NCBI RefSeq assembly: GCF_009834535.1
Contig: NC_045696.1
Location: 79,982,001-80,046,000, forward strand
Direction: 5' to 3'
Length of the DNA stretch: 64,000 nucleotides
DNA from: Camelus ferus
Taxonomy: Eukaryota
Of the stretch, positions 39,809 through 52,789 are shown piece by piece; within the stretch, counting starts at the first letter, position 1, and every line of letters starts with the position of its first letter. The notes beneath the pieces are model-generated. The model was not told where the DNA came from. It saw only the letters and a program-made list of their open reading frames with translations, and ran no database searches. The position numbers and the translations under genes are program-made.

Positions 39809-39827
39809 CAGGCAGCAGGGGGCGCTA
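39809..39827 (+). promoter_or_regulatory. Candidate CTCF binding site
   Basis: CAGGCAGCAGGGGGCGCTA. The core CAGCAGGGGGCGCTA matches the CTCF consensus and retains its CpG. Confidence 0.6.
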
Positions 39828-41046
39828 GCTGCGCTTGTCCAGCTAGCCAGGGCACAGCACCACCAGGCAAGCAGCCGAGTGAGATGCTTCCCGACGCTGA
39901 CTTCTGTCTTCCCCGCAGCAGAGAAATCCAGGGTAACTGAGTCATAGAGATCGGGAGGGCGCAGTCAGGAAGGAAAGAGAATTTCAAAACCTGGAAAGAA
40001 GCACGATACAAGACCTTGTCCTTTTACCACCACAGACATACAGCCCGATCTGAAAGGAGGAGGAAAGTTCAACTTCAAATGAAGTTCGGAGTTTTGATTA
40101 TTTTAGTGGACTGAACATAATAAAGACCAAGAGGAGAGTATTCTTGTGACTAAAAGTGAGTGGAAATGTTTCATCTTCTGCGAATGTTAAGCAAATCCCA
40201 GGGACCTGTCCTAAATTTCATGAAAAGAGTGGGGAAAATCATCAGGCAGTAAATGATGGTGGCGTGACAGTGGGAGCTGAAGTTGCTTATTTCCATTTGC
40301 TCGTGTTACTAAAGCTCCCACGTGTCCTGCTGCTACCTTCACTGTGAAGAGGGTACGGCGTACTTCATACTCTACACTAAGCGTCTTCTTTACGAGGGCC
40401 CACAGGAAATCATTTGCCCCAGCCCTTGTACCACCAGTAGCTCTCCTCCACAGCAGAGTGTTTGTTTTTATATTATGCTCACTGGGAATCAAGGAACTGG
40501 TCCTGCTGGCAGTGGAACTGGTTCTTGTTCAGCTGTTCGAGCGTTCAGAATAAAACCTGTGGTCGCGTGTGGTGCACTTCTAAGTACCGACCTCAGTCCT
40601 AGCTTCAACTTACCATTCCCACTCTTTTCCCCATGGTTTTCTTTTACCTTTTTGTGTAGTATGCTTTTATGCAAACCACCTCAAATCCTTTCTGTAATAT
40701 GGTAGAGCAATAAATACATTTGTCACAAACGTCTACAGATCTAGCTTAAAATACTTTGCACTAAAGTTAATCTTGAACATAATTTAACTTCATTCTGATA
40801 GTTCTGAAGGTGCTTTGGTATCTTGCATTGCCTTAAGGACATCAATATGAGCATCAGTTATTATTGTGCTATAAGTGTGATTAAGCTGATAAGGAATCTA
40901 ATTAATAGTGGGTCCAATAATGGAGTTTTCTCTGTATTACTAGCCTGGGATAGGTGGAAGGTGGAGAATCATATTCTGAAATCATCTTCTTTAATTTTTA
41001 GGTATTTATAAGCTAACATGCATCTATATCAGTGGCATTTAGTTCT

Positions 41047-44000
41047 TTTTTCTTTCAGTTTTATTGAAATGTAATCGGCATACAGCACTATGTAAGTTTA
41101 AGGTATACAGCATAATGCTTTGACTTACATACATGATGAAGTAATTATCACAATAAGTTTAGTGAATATCCATCATCTTGTATAGGTCAAAATTAAAGAA
41201 GAAAAAAATTTTGTGTGTGTGACAAGAATTCTTAGAATTTATTCTCTTAACCTTCATACGCAACATATAGGACTGTGAATTATATTTATCATGTTGTACA
41301 TTACATCCCTAGTAATTATTCAGCTTATAACTGGAAGACTGTACCTTTTGACTCATTTTGCCCAATTTGCCCTCCCCACTCCAACCGCCCCTGGTAACTA
41401 CAAATCTGGTATCTCTTCCTATGAGTTTCTTTTTCTCTCTGTTTTTGAAGCATAGTTGACCCATAACACTGTGCTAGTTCCTGTTACACAATGTAGTAAT
41501 TTGGTAGTTCTGTACATTTCAAAATGATCACCACTATAAGTCTAGTTACAATATGTCACCTAACAAAAACATTACATAGTTATTGGAACTATATTCCCTT
41601 ACACCGTACATTTCATACCTGTGGCTCATTTATTTTGCAGCTAAAAATGTGTACCTCTTAATCTCCGTTACTTTTTCTTTCTTTTCCCCACCCACTCCCC
41701 TCTTGCAACCCCTTCTTTGTTTTCTGTATCTATGATGCTGTTTCTGCTTTGTTATGTTTATTCATTTGTGTTGTTTTTTAGATTCATGTATAAGTGAAAT
41801 CATACAGTATTTGCCTCTGTCTGACTTACTTCACTGAGCATAATAGGCCCATCCGTGTTGTTGCAAATGTCAAGATTTCATTTTTTATGGCTGAGTAATA
41901 TTCTGTTGTGAATATATACCACATCTTCTTTATCCATTTATCTCTTAATGGGCACTTGGGTTGCTTCCATATCTTGGCTATTGTAATGAATGCTGCAGTG
42001 AACATTGGTGTTCGTATATATTTACAATTGTTACATCATCCTGGATTGATCTCTTAATCATTATATGATGTCTTTCGTTGTCTCTTGTTACAGTCTTTCT
42101 TTTAAAGTTATTTTGTCTGATACAAGTATTGCAACCTCAGCTTTCTTTTCATTTTCACAGAATACTTTTTCTGTTCCTCGACTTTCAGTTTGTGTGTCTT
42201 TAGATCTGAAGTGAGTCTCTTGTAAACAGCATATGTATGTGTCTTGTTTTTGTTTCCATTCAGCCACTCTGTCTTCTTTTTCATTTTAATTTTGCAGTTT
42301 TCCTCAGATACTTTTTTAATTGAAGTATAGTCAGTTTACGAATGTTCTGTCAATTTCCAGTGTACGGCATAATGTTTTAGTCATACATATATGTACATAT
42401 ATTCCTTTTCATATTCTTTTTCATTACAGGTTATAAGACATTGACTATATAGTTCCCTGTGCTATACTGAAGAAACTTGTTGTTTATCTATTTTATATAT
42501 AGTAGTTAGCATCTGCAATTCTCGAACTCCCAATTTATCCCCTTCCATGTCTATTCCCCCCTGGTAACCATAAGATTATTTTCTATGTCTGTGATTCTGT
42601 TTCTGTTTTGTCAATAAGTTCATTTGTCTTTTTTTTTTTTTTTTAGATTCCCCATATAAGTGATATCATGTGGAATTTTTCTTTCACTATCTGGCTTACT
42701 TCACTTAGAATGACAATCTCTAGGTCCATACATATTGCTGCAAATGGCATTATTTTATTCTTCTTTATGGCTGAGTAGTAGTCCATTGTATAAATATACC
42801 ACTTCTTCTTTATCCAGTCATCTGTTGATGGACATTTAGGTTGTTTCCTTGTCTTGGCTATTGTAAATAGTGCTGCTATGAACATTGGGGTGCATGTATC
42901 TTTTCAAATTAGAGTTCCCTCCAGATACATGCCCAAGAGTGGGATTCCTGGATCATATGGTAAGTCTATTTTTAGTTTTTTGAGACATCTCCATACTGTT
43001 TTCCATAATGGCTGCACCAAACTACATTCCCACCCGCAGTGTAGGAGGGTTCCCTTTTCTCTACAGCCTCTCTAGCATTTATCATTTGTGGACTTTTAAA
43101 TGATGGCCATTCTGACTGGTGTGAGGTGATACCTCATTGTGGTTTTGATTTGTATTTCTATGATAATTAGTGATATTGAGCATTTTTTCATGTGCCTCTT
43201 GGCCATTTGTATGTCTTCATTAGAGAATTGCTTGTTTAGGTCTTCTGCCCATTTTTGGATTGGGTTGTTTATTTTTTTTATTAAATTATATGAGCTGTTT
43301 ATATATTCTGGAAATTAAGCCTTTGTCAGTCTCATCTTTTGCAAATGTTAGATTGCTTTGGGTAGCGTGGCCATTTTAACTATTAATTCTTCCAATCTAA
43401 GAACATGGGGTATCTATCTATTTCTCTAAGTCATCTTTAATTTCCTTAATAAAGATTTTGTAGTTCTCTGCATATATGTCTTTCACCTCCTTGATCATCA
43501 GATTTATTCCTAAGTATTTTATTGTTTTGGATGTGATTTTAAAAGGGATTGTTTCTATACTTTTCTGATAATTTGTTGTTAGTGTAAAGAAATGCAGCTG
43601 ATTTCTGTACGTTAGTCTTGTATCCTGCTACCTTGCCGAATTCTTTTATCAACTCTAGTAGTTTTTGTGTAGAGCCTTTAGGGTTTTCTGTATATAGTAT
43701 CATGTCATCCACATATAGTGACAATTTTACTTTGTCTCTTCCAATTTGGATCCCTTTCTTTTCTTTTTCTTCCCTGATTACTACACTCAGGACTTTCAAT
43801 ACTATGTTGAATAGAAGTGGTGAGAGTGGGCATCCTTGTCTTTTTCCAGATTTTAGTGGGAAGGCTTTCAACTTTTCACTGTTGAGTACAATGCTGGCTG
43901 TAGGTTTGTCATATATAGCTTTTATTATGTTGAGATATGTTCCCTCTATACCCAATTTGGTAAGAGTTTTTATCATAAAGGGTGTTGAATTTTATCAAAT

Positions 44001-45356
44001 GCTTTTTCTGATTATGTGATTTTTGTTCTTTTGTTGATGTGGTGAATCACATTGATTGATTCACATATGTTGAACCATCCTTGTGTCCCTGGAATAAACC
44101 CAACTTGATCATAGTGTATAATCTTTTTTATGTGTTGTTGAATTCTGTTTGCTAATATATTGTTGAAGATTTTTGCATCTGTGTTCATCAACGATACTGG
44201 CATGTAGTTTTCTTTTTTGGTAGTGTCTTTGTCTGGCTTTGGTATCAGGGTAATGGTGGCTTCATAGAATGAGTTTGGGAGTATTCCCTACTCTTTAATC
44301 TTTTGGAAGAGTTTGAGAAGGATCGGTATGAGCTTTTCTTTGTATGTTTGATAGAATTCTCTAGTGAAGCCATCTGGTCCTGAACTTTTGTTTGCAGGGA
44401 GGTTTTTTAATTGCTGATTCTATTTCACTTCTAGTGATTGGGTCTGTTCAGGTGATCTGTTTCTTGATTCAGTTTTGGTGGACTGCATATTTCTAGAAAC
44501 TTGTGCATCTCTTCTAGGTTGTCCAGTTTGTTGCCATATGGTTGTTCATACATTTTTTTTTTTTTTTTGTATTTCTGTAGTGTTGGTTGTAATTTCTCCA
44601 TTTTCCTTTCTTATTTTGTTCATTTGTGTCCTCTCTGTTTTCTTCTTGGTGAGCCTGGCCAGAGGTTTATCAATTTTGCTTACTCTTTCAAAAAACCAGC
44701 TCTTGGTTTGATTGATTTTTCAATTTTTTTAATCTCTATTTTATTCCCTCCCTGATCTTTATTATTTCTTTCCTTCTGCTAGCTTTAGATTTTGTTGTTC
44801 TTCTTTTTCTAATTCTTTTAGGTGATAAGTTAGGTTGTTTATTTGAGATTGTTCTTGTTTTTTGAGGAAAGCCTCTGTGCAGTCAGCCCCAGTCCTCTTC
44901 CTGGGCTGTCAGAAGCCCGAGCTTCAGTGGCCTAAGCCGGCCTGCCCCCGCCAGCTTCCATCTCAGGCCAGGGATCGCAGGGACCCTCTGTGCTCATTTC
45001 TCTCAGTTCTGTCTGCCAGGCAGCTACTGAGTTCTCTTCTGAGCCTCTGTAGCTCCCTTTTTGACCACGCTGACCTCCTCACTGAAGAGAGAGGGCTTCC
45101 CAGGGTGAGGGTGCTTTTCCTCCTCTGCCACTCCTTCCTGGGGGACAGATCACACACCGATTTCCTTTTTCTTTCTTTTCTTCTCCTACCTCGTTTTGTG
45201 AGAATTTTCTTGTATTTCCGAAGTGAGAGATATTCTGCCAAAGTTCAGCCGCTATTCTGTGTGAATTAATCCGTTTTTTAGATGTAAATTTTTGGTGTAT
45301 TCGTGGGAGAGGGAGAGCTATGCATCCTTCTACTCTGCCCTCTGAGAACCTCCCCC
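41047..45356 (-). mobile_element. Composite LINE-1 block bounded by one TSD
   Basis: Element order: L1 5' UTR (45356-44873), ORF2 RT region (44872-~43348), ORF2 end and 3' UTR (~43347-42312), older ORF2 endonuclease piece (~42280-42030), older L1 3' end (~42020-41047). GGCATTTAGTT at 41034-41044 and 45360-45370. Confidence 0.85.
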
Positions 45357-46030
45357 AAAGGCATTTAGTTTTAAAGAAACAAATGTTGTTTTTGTCTGAC
45401 AATGCAATTTGTACTTTTAAGATTTATATATACATATCGCGTTGACTATTACATTTATTATGTGGACCAAGTATGATTTCTAGTTCAAAATGCAGCTTAA
45501 GCACAAATGATTACCCAGTGAAGACTCCAAAAAGAGTGAAGAAATGATGTAATGAAAGGGGGCAGAAGGGAAAACATCAGTAGAGGAGATGTTTAACACA
45601 TTTCTAAAGAATGGAAAGAGAACAAAAGCCTGTTAAAGGATAAAACAAACTGAGGAAGCAGAGACCCAGACAGAATTCGTAGAAGGAAGAAAAGCAGCAA
45701 AAAGGAGGCTGTTAACCTTGAACTCTGAGGGCAGAACCCTGGAGAGACTCCAAATTCAAGGTCAGAGGTAAGGGGACAGATAAAAGATAGTGGCTGAAAA
45801 GAGATTAATTAAAATTATTCTATAAACACCACTCTGGGAAGTGGCCGTGGTGAGGGGTTGTGTTTGTGGGGACAGGTGAGGGGAAGGAACCTTACAAGAA
45901 AGTCATGTCCCATCAGAAAGCTTGGGGAGAAAGAGCAACAAGAGGGAAAACAAACTTGCCGAGTGAGGCATGACAAGTGTAAGGAAGAAATAGAGAGAAG
46001 GGCAGAAAGATCAAGAGAATAGAGAGGAGC

Positions 46031-46033
<3 letters not shown>

Positions 46034-46062
<29 letters not shown>
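46034..46062. repeat. (AG)n microsatellite
   Basis: Perfect AG run. Confidence 0.95.
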
Positions 46063-46066
<4 letters not shown>

Positions 46067-49000
46067 GGGAGCTAGCTATACAGAATGAGAGAGTGGGACA
46101 CAGTAGAGAAGACAGAGGGGGTGGCCCCAGTGAGCAGTGAGTTGTTTGGATATGGATGGTTAAGTTGTGACATACTGATTTGTGGCTGTAAAAATTCTAA
46201 ATTTGTTTAAATTATACAAATGAGGTAGAGAATTGAAAAATTACTGTGTGGAAGGCATGTGCATTTTAAAAGTATTTGTAACAGAAGCTGGAGCCTAGAC
46301 CTGTGCACAAGCGCAGGCCTACCATCAGCACCACCTCTCCTACCCCCAGTGCCAGGATTCTCACTTCGGGGACCTATGTACGGGAAGAAAGAAGAGTGTG
46401 TTCGCTGAAGGAGAAGAGCCACAGAGGGAAAAGAAGGAAGATAACTTCCACTCTAGAAAGTAAACATGATTTTTGTGGGGAGTGAAAAGGGAAAAAGAAT
46501 TGTTAGATGCAGGGGAGTCGAAAGACACATGGTTTCTAATAGCTTCCTGGGTGGGGAACTGTAGCGCATAGTAATTAACAGCACAGATAGTAGAGCCACC
46601 CCAGCTCTACCAGTTATCAACTGGTAACCTTGCACAGGGTATGCAACTGCTCAGTGCCTCCATGTCTTAAAAATGGGGATAATAATCTCTATTTCATAGG
46701 GCCAATGTCAGGATTAATGAGTTAATAGATAAGTGTTTAGAACAGTTCCTGGCATACAGTAAACACTCAATAAATGTTTAATGTTTAATGTTATCTGACA
46801 TCATTTGGAGTTATGAGATGCCATCTCGGTAAAATTAAAAAAAAATAACAGTTGTTTTAAATTGGAGGTGGAAGGGAAGGAGAGAAAGTGTAGCTTAAGC
46901 AGACTCAATACTTTTTAGCTTCTCAGAGGTTCAGCTAATAAATAATGCCTGAAGTCGACAGTTGAAAAAAACAGTGCTGTTTTGTATTATTTAAAGTTAG
47001 AAAGGCAACCATGAGAAACACTAAAACCAGAAATAGTTATAAGCACTTATTATTTTTCTAATCAAGTAAAGAATTATATAATTATTCATTTAAAAAATAA
47101 AGCTATAGTATATTTGGCACAAATTAATTCTATGAAAGCTGAACCACAAAAGCCAGACAAACCAAGCTGAATCTATTCTTTTGCAAATGAATTCAGCCTG
47201 GCAGATTTATTTGGAAGTGAAAAATAATCTCTCAGGCTACAATATTTTTCCCAGGTCTTTGCCACACTTTCCAGGGTTATAGCAATGCCACACCTCTTGG
47301 AAGCGAGGCTCAAATCCTGGGGAGGTACAATATTAGTGCCGTATGTCACATTTTCGAACTCTACAAAGGTTATCCTGGCCCACAGCCCAATTTCATCCAG
47401 ACTCGTGTGGCAGCTTTGCCAGTTCCAGTGTAGGGGTGCAACACATCTAGAGGGCTGAAACACCTCCTCTCGTAGACTGTTACACCGGTTATCAGTTTTC
47501 ATGCTTCTTGAAGGCAGGTGATCTGCAAAGCGGTGTTTCCATCAGCAATACGAAGACTGCTCTTTGGACCACTCTGGCAGGTCAGCGCTGCCACCTCTCA
47601 TCTCTCCACCTAACACTCCATGCAGTGCTTGAAGTCTGCGTTCTTCCTACGGCACATCTGACAGGCACACGTTAGATTAACACCTTCTGAGAAAAACTGA
47701 AACCTCAAAGGCATTTTAGACATACACTGAATGTGGTTATTCTTCATTTCAGTGATATAGTTGCTTCACTTTCCCTGATACACAGATTTTGGAACAATTT
47801 CAACAGTTATCGAGCACTTATTTTGCACTAGGAGTTGACAATCTAGTTTAACAGATATATTAGACCCCCCAAAATGAAACAATATAGTAAGTTCTACGAT
47901 GAAGTTAAACACAGGTTGCTGCTGGAACATGTAGGAGGGGAACTAACCCAGCCTGGGAAGAAGAGGAGAGTCAAATAAGGTTTCTTGAAGGAGAGACTAG
48001 TTAAGCAAAAAAGGAGAGGAAGGGCATTCTAGGGAGAGGGTACAGCATAGATAAGGAGCCAGAATAAGAGTTGGGCATGTTTTGGGAAGGGTTTATATAG
48101 GGAAGTGGTGAGGGATGGTTCTGGGGAGGTAAGAAGGACCCAGATCAAAAAGGGAAGGCCTTTACCATATGCTAAGGAACGTGTATTTATCTGCAATTCT
48201 CTAGCAGAGACACTGAAACATTTTAAGCAGAAAAATAACAAAGTGGTAGAGATTACTCTGCCTCTAATGATTGGATTTCAGAAGGAGGACAGGAATATCA
48301 GTTACAAGGTAAATCAGACACTTGCCGTGGGCGACGTGAAACCCCTTCAGCCCTACCCACCCCCTTACTGCAGCAGTCTACTCACCTTCTGCACCAGGGA
48401 TTTCTGAGGCTTTGGGGTGTCAGAATCGTTGGGCATCACGCCAGATACAGCCTGGAATTGCTGGGGACTTGATGTTCACGTCCAGCGCACCACCCTCAAA
48501 CAGCTGGAATGGAAACTGAGAAATCGACGCTTCCTCCCTTCACACAAAAGACGGAAAATTCCCACAGGACTGAGCAAGCGTGGTTTCTGGTGACGGCCAG
48601 CTTGGTGAAACAGGCTGTGCTGGCTTTCCCTCCTCCTCTCATTCTTCATTCCTACTCCCCAGGGTAAACTACCCAAATAATCCTGAACACAGGCCTCTGT
48701 TCCAGATTGTGCTTTTGTAGAACTCAGGCTAAGACTAAAGACTACCACATAAATCCAGGAGAAAGTCATGGGTGCCTGAAAGAAAGCATGGCAGTGGGAA
48801 TGGAGACAAGGAAGTGGACTCGTTCATAAGAGCTTACGGATGTAGGATCAGCAGCCTGGCCGGGAGGAATGAGGGAAAGAGCCAAGCCCAGGCATAGGGT
48901 GGTTCCCAGGAGTCTGGTTCTGGTGGTAGGGTGGATGGTGATACCATTCACAGAAAGCTGTAGAGAAAATAAACAGTATTGGAGGCGTGAAGGAAGGAGA

Positions 49001-49409
49001 AGAGACTTCAGATCTAAATATACAAAGTGTGAGATGGTTTTAAATCATCCAGTGGATAACATCCTGCAGGCAGTTCTATAAATAGATATATATAGATATA
49101 CAGATATGATATAGAGAGATACAGAGACATAGAGATAATGACATACATACATGCATAAAATAGTGTGAGTATGTAAAATGCAAAGAAATGAGGAACAAAG
49201 GTGGACATTCGGGTATATTTACATATAAGGGGTAGGAGATGATTCTCTATATATTCAACTATATATACCGAGGTGTAATTCAATAGGTAGGGGAAAAAAA
49301 GTGACACAGAATCCAAAAGAGGAAAGAGTTTTTAAAAGGAGGGGATGATTTATAGGAACAAAACCAGAGGGCCAATGGATAAGAACTGAAAAGTGTAAGA
49401 TTTTTTTTA

Positions 49410-49531
49410 ATAACTTTTTTTTTCCTTTTTAAGGTTTATTTAATTATTTACTTTTTCTAGAGGAGGTACTGGGGATTGAACACAGGACATTATGCATGCT
49501 AAGTATGCACTCTACCACTTTGACCTAACCC
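49410..49531 (-). mobile_element. tRNA-derived SINE (vic-1 type), diverged copy
   Basis: T-rich tail, then GGAGGTACTGGGGATTGAAC...GCATGC...CTCTACCACT, an antisense homolog of 28728-28836. Confidence 0.8.
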
Positions 49532-50418
49532 TTCTTCATATTAGATTTGACAAACGGAAAGTCACAGGTGACCTTGGGAAACAAGCTTCAGTGGAAAGAT
49601 AAGTGCAAAAGCCAAATAGTGGGTTACAGGGTGATTGGGAGAGCCTTAGAATCAGAAAAAATAACAATTCTCTCCTCTCCTCCACCATCCGGGATATAGA
49701 TAAATGATAGATGGTTGGGTAGATGGATGGATGGATAGATCTGCTCTGTCTATATGATAGACAGATCATCTGTTCATTATTTCAAAATTCAGACAATAGA
49801 GAATAAATAATTTTTTAAAAAGGAATCTGAAAGAATATATATATGTATGTGTATGTATAACTGAATCACTTTGCTCTATACCTAAAACTAACACATTATA
49901 AATCAAGTACACTCCCATAAAAATTTTTTTTAAATCACTTTTAGTTCTATTCATAGATAATAATTACTATTATTTTGGTATGTCTCTCTCTAGACTTTTT
50001 CCTATTCCTATATAATACTTTAAGCAAAAAATGTGATCGTATTCTATACCATTTTATAACCTGTTTTCTTCATATAACAAGAGGTAATGAACGTCTTTCC
50101 ATGTTCATAAATAAATCTAAAACATCATTTTAAATGACTATGTCATATTCCATTGCATGACTGTATCACAGTTTACATGACCAATTCCCTATTAAAGGAC
50201 ATAAAACATTTTTGTATTGACAGTCCTGAAATACAGCTACACATGCTTGCCTATTTGCTTATGAACAACTTGTGAAAGGAGTTTGACTCTATCAAAAGAG
50301 GTTTGCTTTTTTCAGAAGATTCTGATAGAACTATGCACCAAAAAGTTTATACCACAAGTGCTCCATGAAAGCACTATTCCCACATACCCTTGAGAATAGT
50401 GCGTCATTCTTTTTAATA

Positions 50419-52622
50419 CAGGCCTACCTCACTTTATTACCCTTGACTTTACTGAGCTTCGCAGACACTGCATTTTTCACAAATTGAAGGTTTGTGCCAA
50501 CCCAGCATCAAGCAAGTCTATCAGCGCCATTTTTCCAACGGCACTTGCTCACTTTGTGTCTCTGTCACATGTTGGTAATTCTCACATTTCAAGCTTTCTC
50601 ATTATTATATTTGTCATGGTTATCTGTGACCAGAGATCTGTGTTACTATTGTAATTGTTTGGGGGCACCACAGATCACACTCATATAAGACAAGGAACTT
50701 TATCTGTAAGTGCTTAAGTTCAGACTGCTCCACTGACCTGACATTTCCCCACCTCCCTCTCTCCCTTCAGGCCTCTGTTCTCTGAGACACAACAAACATT
50801 AACATTAGGCCAGTTAATAACCCTACAGTGGCCTCTAAATGTTTGAGTGAAATGAAGAGTTGCATGTCTCTCACTTAAAATCAAAAACTAGAAAGGATTA
50901 AGCTCAGTGAGGAAGGCGTGTCAAAAGCTGAGACAGGACAAAAGCTAGGCCTCTTGCACCAAATGGTTAGCCACGCTGTGATGCAAAGGAAAAGCTCTTG
51001 ACGGAAATTGAAGTGCTCTGGTGAAAGGGATAAGAAAGCAAACAGCCTTACTGCTGAAATGGACAAAGCCTGAGTGATCTGGACAGAAGATCAAACCAGC
51101 CATAACATTCTCTTAAGCCAAAGCCTAATCCAGAGCAAGACCCTAAGTCTGTGAAGGCTGAGAGAGGTGAGGCAGCCCCAGAAGAGAAGTATGAAGTTAG
51201 CAGAGGCTGGTTAACGAAGTTTAAGGAAAGAAGTCATCTCCGTAACAAGAAGTGCAAGGTAAAGCAGCATGTACTGATGCAGCAGCTGCAGCAAGTAGTC
51301 CGGAAGATCTAGATAATTAATGAAGGTGGTTCTACTAAACAAAGATTTTCAGTCTACATAAAACAGGAAGAAGATGCCATCTAGGACTTCCATAGTTAGA
51401 GAGGAGAAATCAATACCTGACGTTTCCATGCTTCAAAGGACAGGCTGACTTTCTTGTTAGGGGCTAATACAGCTTATGACTCTTAAGTTGAAGCCAATGC
51501 TCATTATGTTCCAAAAACCCTAGGGCCCTTAAGAATTATGCTAAATTTCCTTTGCCTGTGCTCTCTAAATGGAGCAACAAAGCCTGGGTGACAGCACATC
51601 TGTTTACAACATGGTTTACTGAATATTTTCAGCCCGCTGAAAACTGCTCCTCAGGAAAAAAAAAATTTCTTTCAAAATATTACTGCTTATTGACAATGCA
51701 GCTTGTCACCCAAAAGCTCTAATGGAGATATACAATGAGATTGATGTTGTTTTCATGCCTGCTAACACAACATCCATTCTGCAGCCCATGGATCAAGGAG
51801 CAATTTTGACTTTCAAGTCTTAAGGGAAAAGAACAAAATACCAACATTAACAGGAGCTTGGAAAAAGCTGTTTCCAACCCTCATGGATGACTTTAAGGGG
51901 TTCAAGACTTCAGTGAAGGAAGTAACTACAGTTGTGGTAGAAATAGCAAGAGAAGTAGAATTAGAAGTGGAGCCTTAAGGTGTGACTGAATTGCTGCCAT
52001 CTCATGATAAAACTTGATGACTGAGTTGTTTCTTATGGATGAGCAAAGAAAGTGTTTTTTGGTTTTTTGTTTTGTTTTGTTTTTTGAGATGGAATTTACT
52101 GGTAAAGATGCTGTGAAGATTGTTGAAATGAGAATAGAGGATTTACATAAACTTAGTTGATAAGCAGCACTGGGTTTGAGAGGATCGACTCCAATTTTGT
52201 AAGTTCTGTGGGTAAAATACTATCAAACAGCATTGCATGCTGCAGAGAAATCATTCCCGAAAGGAAGAGTCAATCGATGTGGCAAACTTCATTGTTGTCT
52301 TATTTTAGGAAATTACCAGTCACCTTACCCTGATCAGTCACCAGCCACCAACTCGAGGCAAGACTCTCCACCAGCAAAAAGATTGACTGAAGGCTCAGAT
52401 GATGGTTAACACTTTTTAGCAATAAAGGATTTTTAATTAAGGTATGTACATTATTTTTTTAGACATAATGCTATTAATGCACACTTAATAGACTACAGTA
52501 TCACGTAAATGCAACTTCTATATGCACTGGGAAACCAAAACATTTGTGACTTGCCTTATTTCAATACTTGCTTTATTGTGGTGGTCTGGGACCAAACTCG
52601 CAATATCTCCAAGGTGTACCTG
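50419..52622 (+). mobile_element. Tigger1 DNA transposon, near full length, inactive
   Basis: TA|CAGGCCTACCTC...CAATATCTCCAAGGTGTACCTG|TA gives TIRs with a TA target duplication. Transposase remnants include KMPSRT, NPRALKNYAK, LLLIDNA and SILQPMDQG, with stops and deletions. Confidence 0.92.
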
Positions 52623-52789
52623 TACCTGAAAATTTTCATCATTTACAAACAGCTTATCCTTATAAAGTAAAACATGTCTAACTTCATGTTTTTGGCTTTT
52701 TTCCCCACACACTGAGGTTATTCAAATATTTCCCTAAATTTTATTATATGTTTTACTGCTTTTTTATTTTAAAACAACTTATTTTCAAA

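Noticed and set aside
40322..40705. Overlapping ORFs in a mildly CpG-rich patch
   Set aside because: No recognisable protein, and no poly(A) tail with TSD that would indicate a processed pseudogene.
43539..44203. Reverse-transcriptase ORFs as an active or novel RT system
   Set aside because: Ordinary L1 ORF2 fragments, frameshifted and internally deleted.
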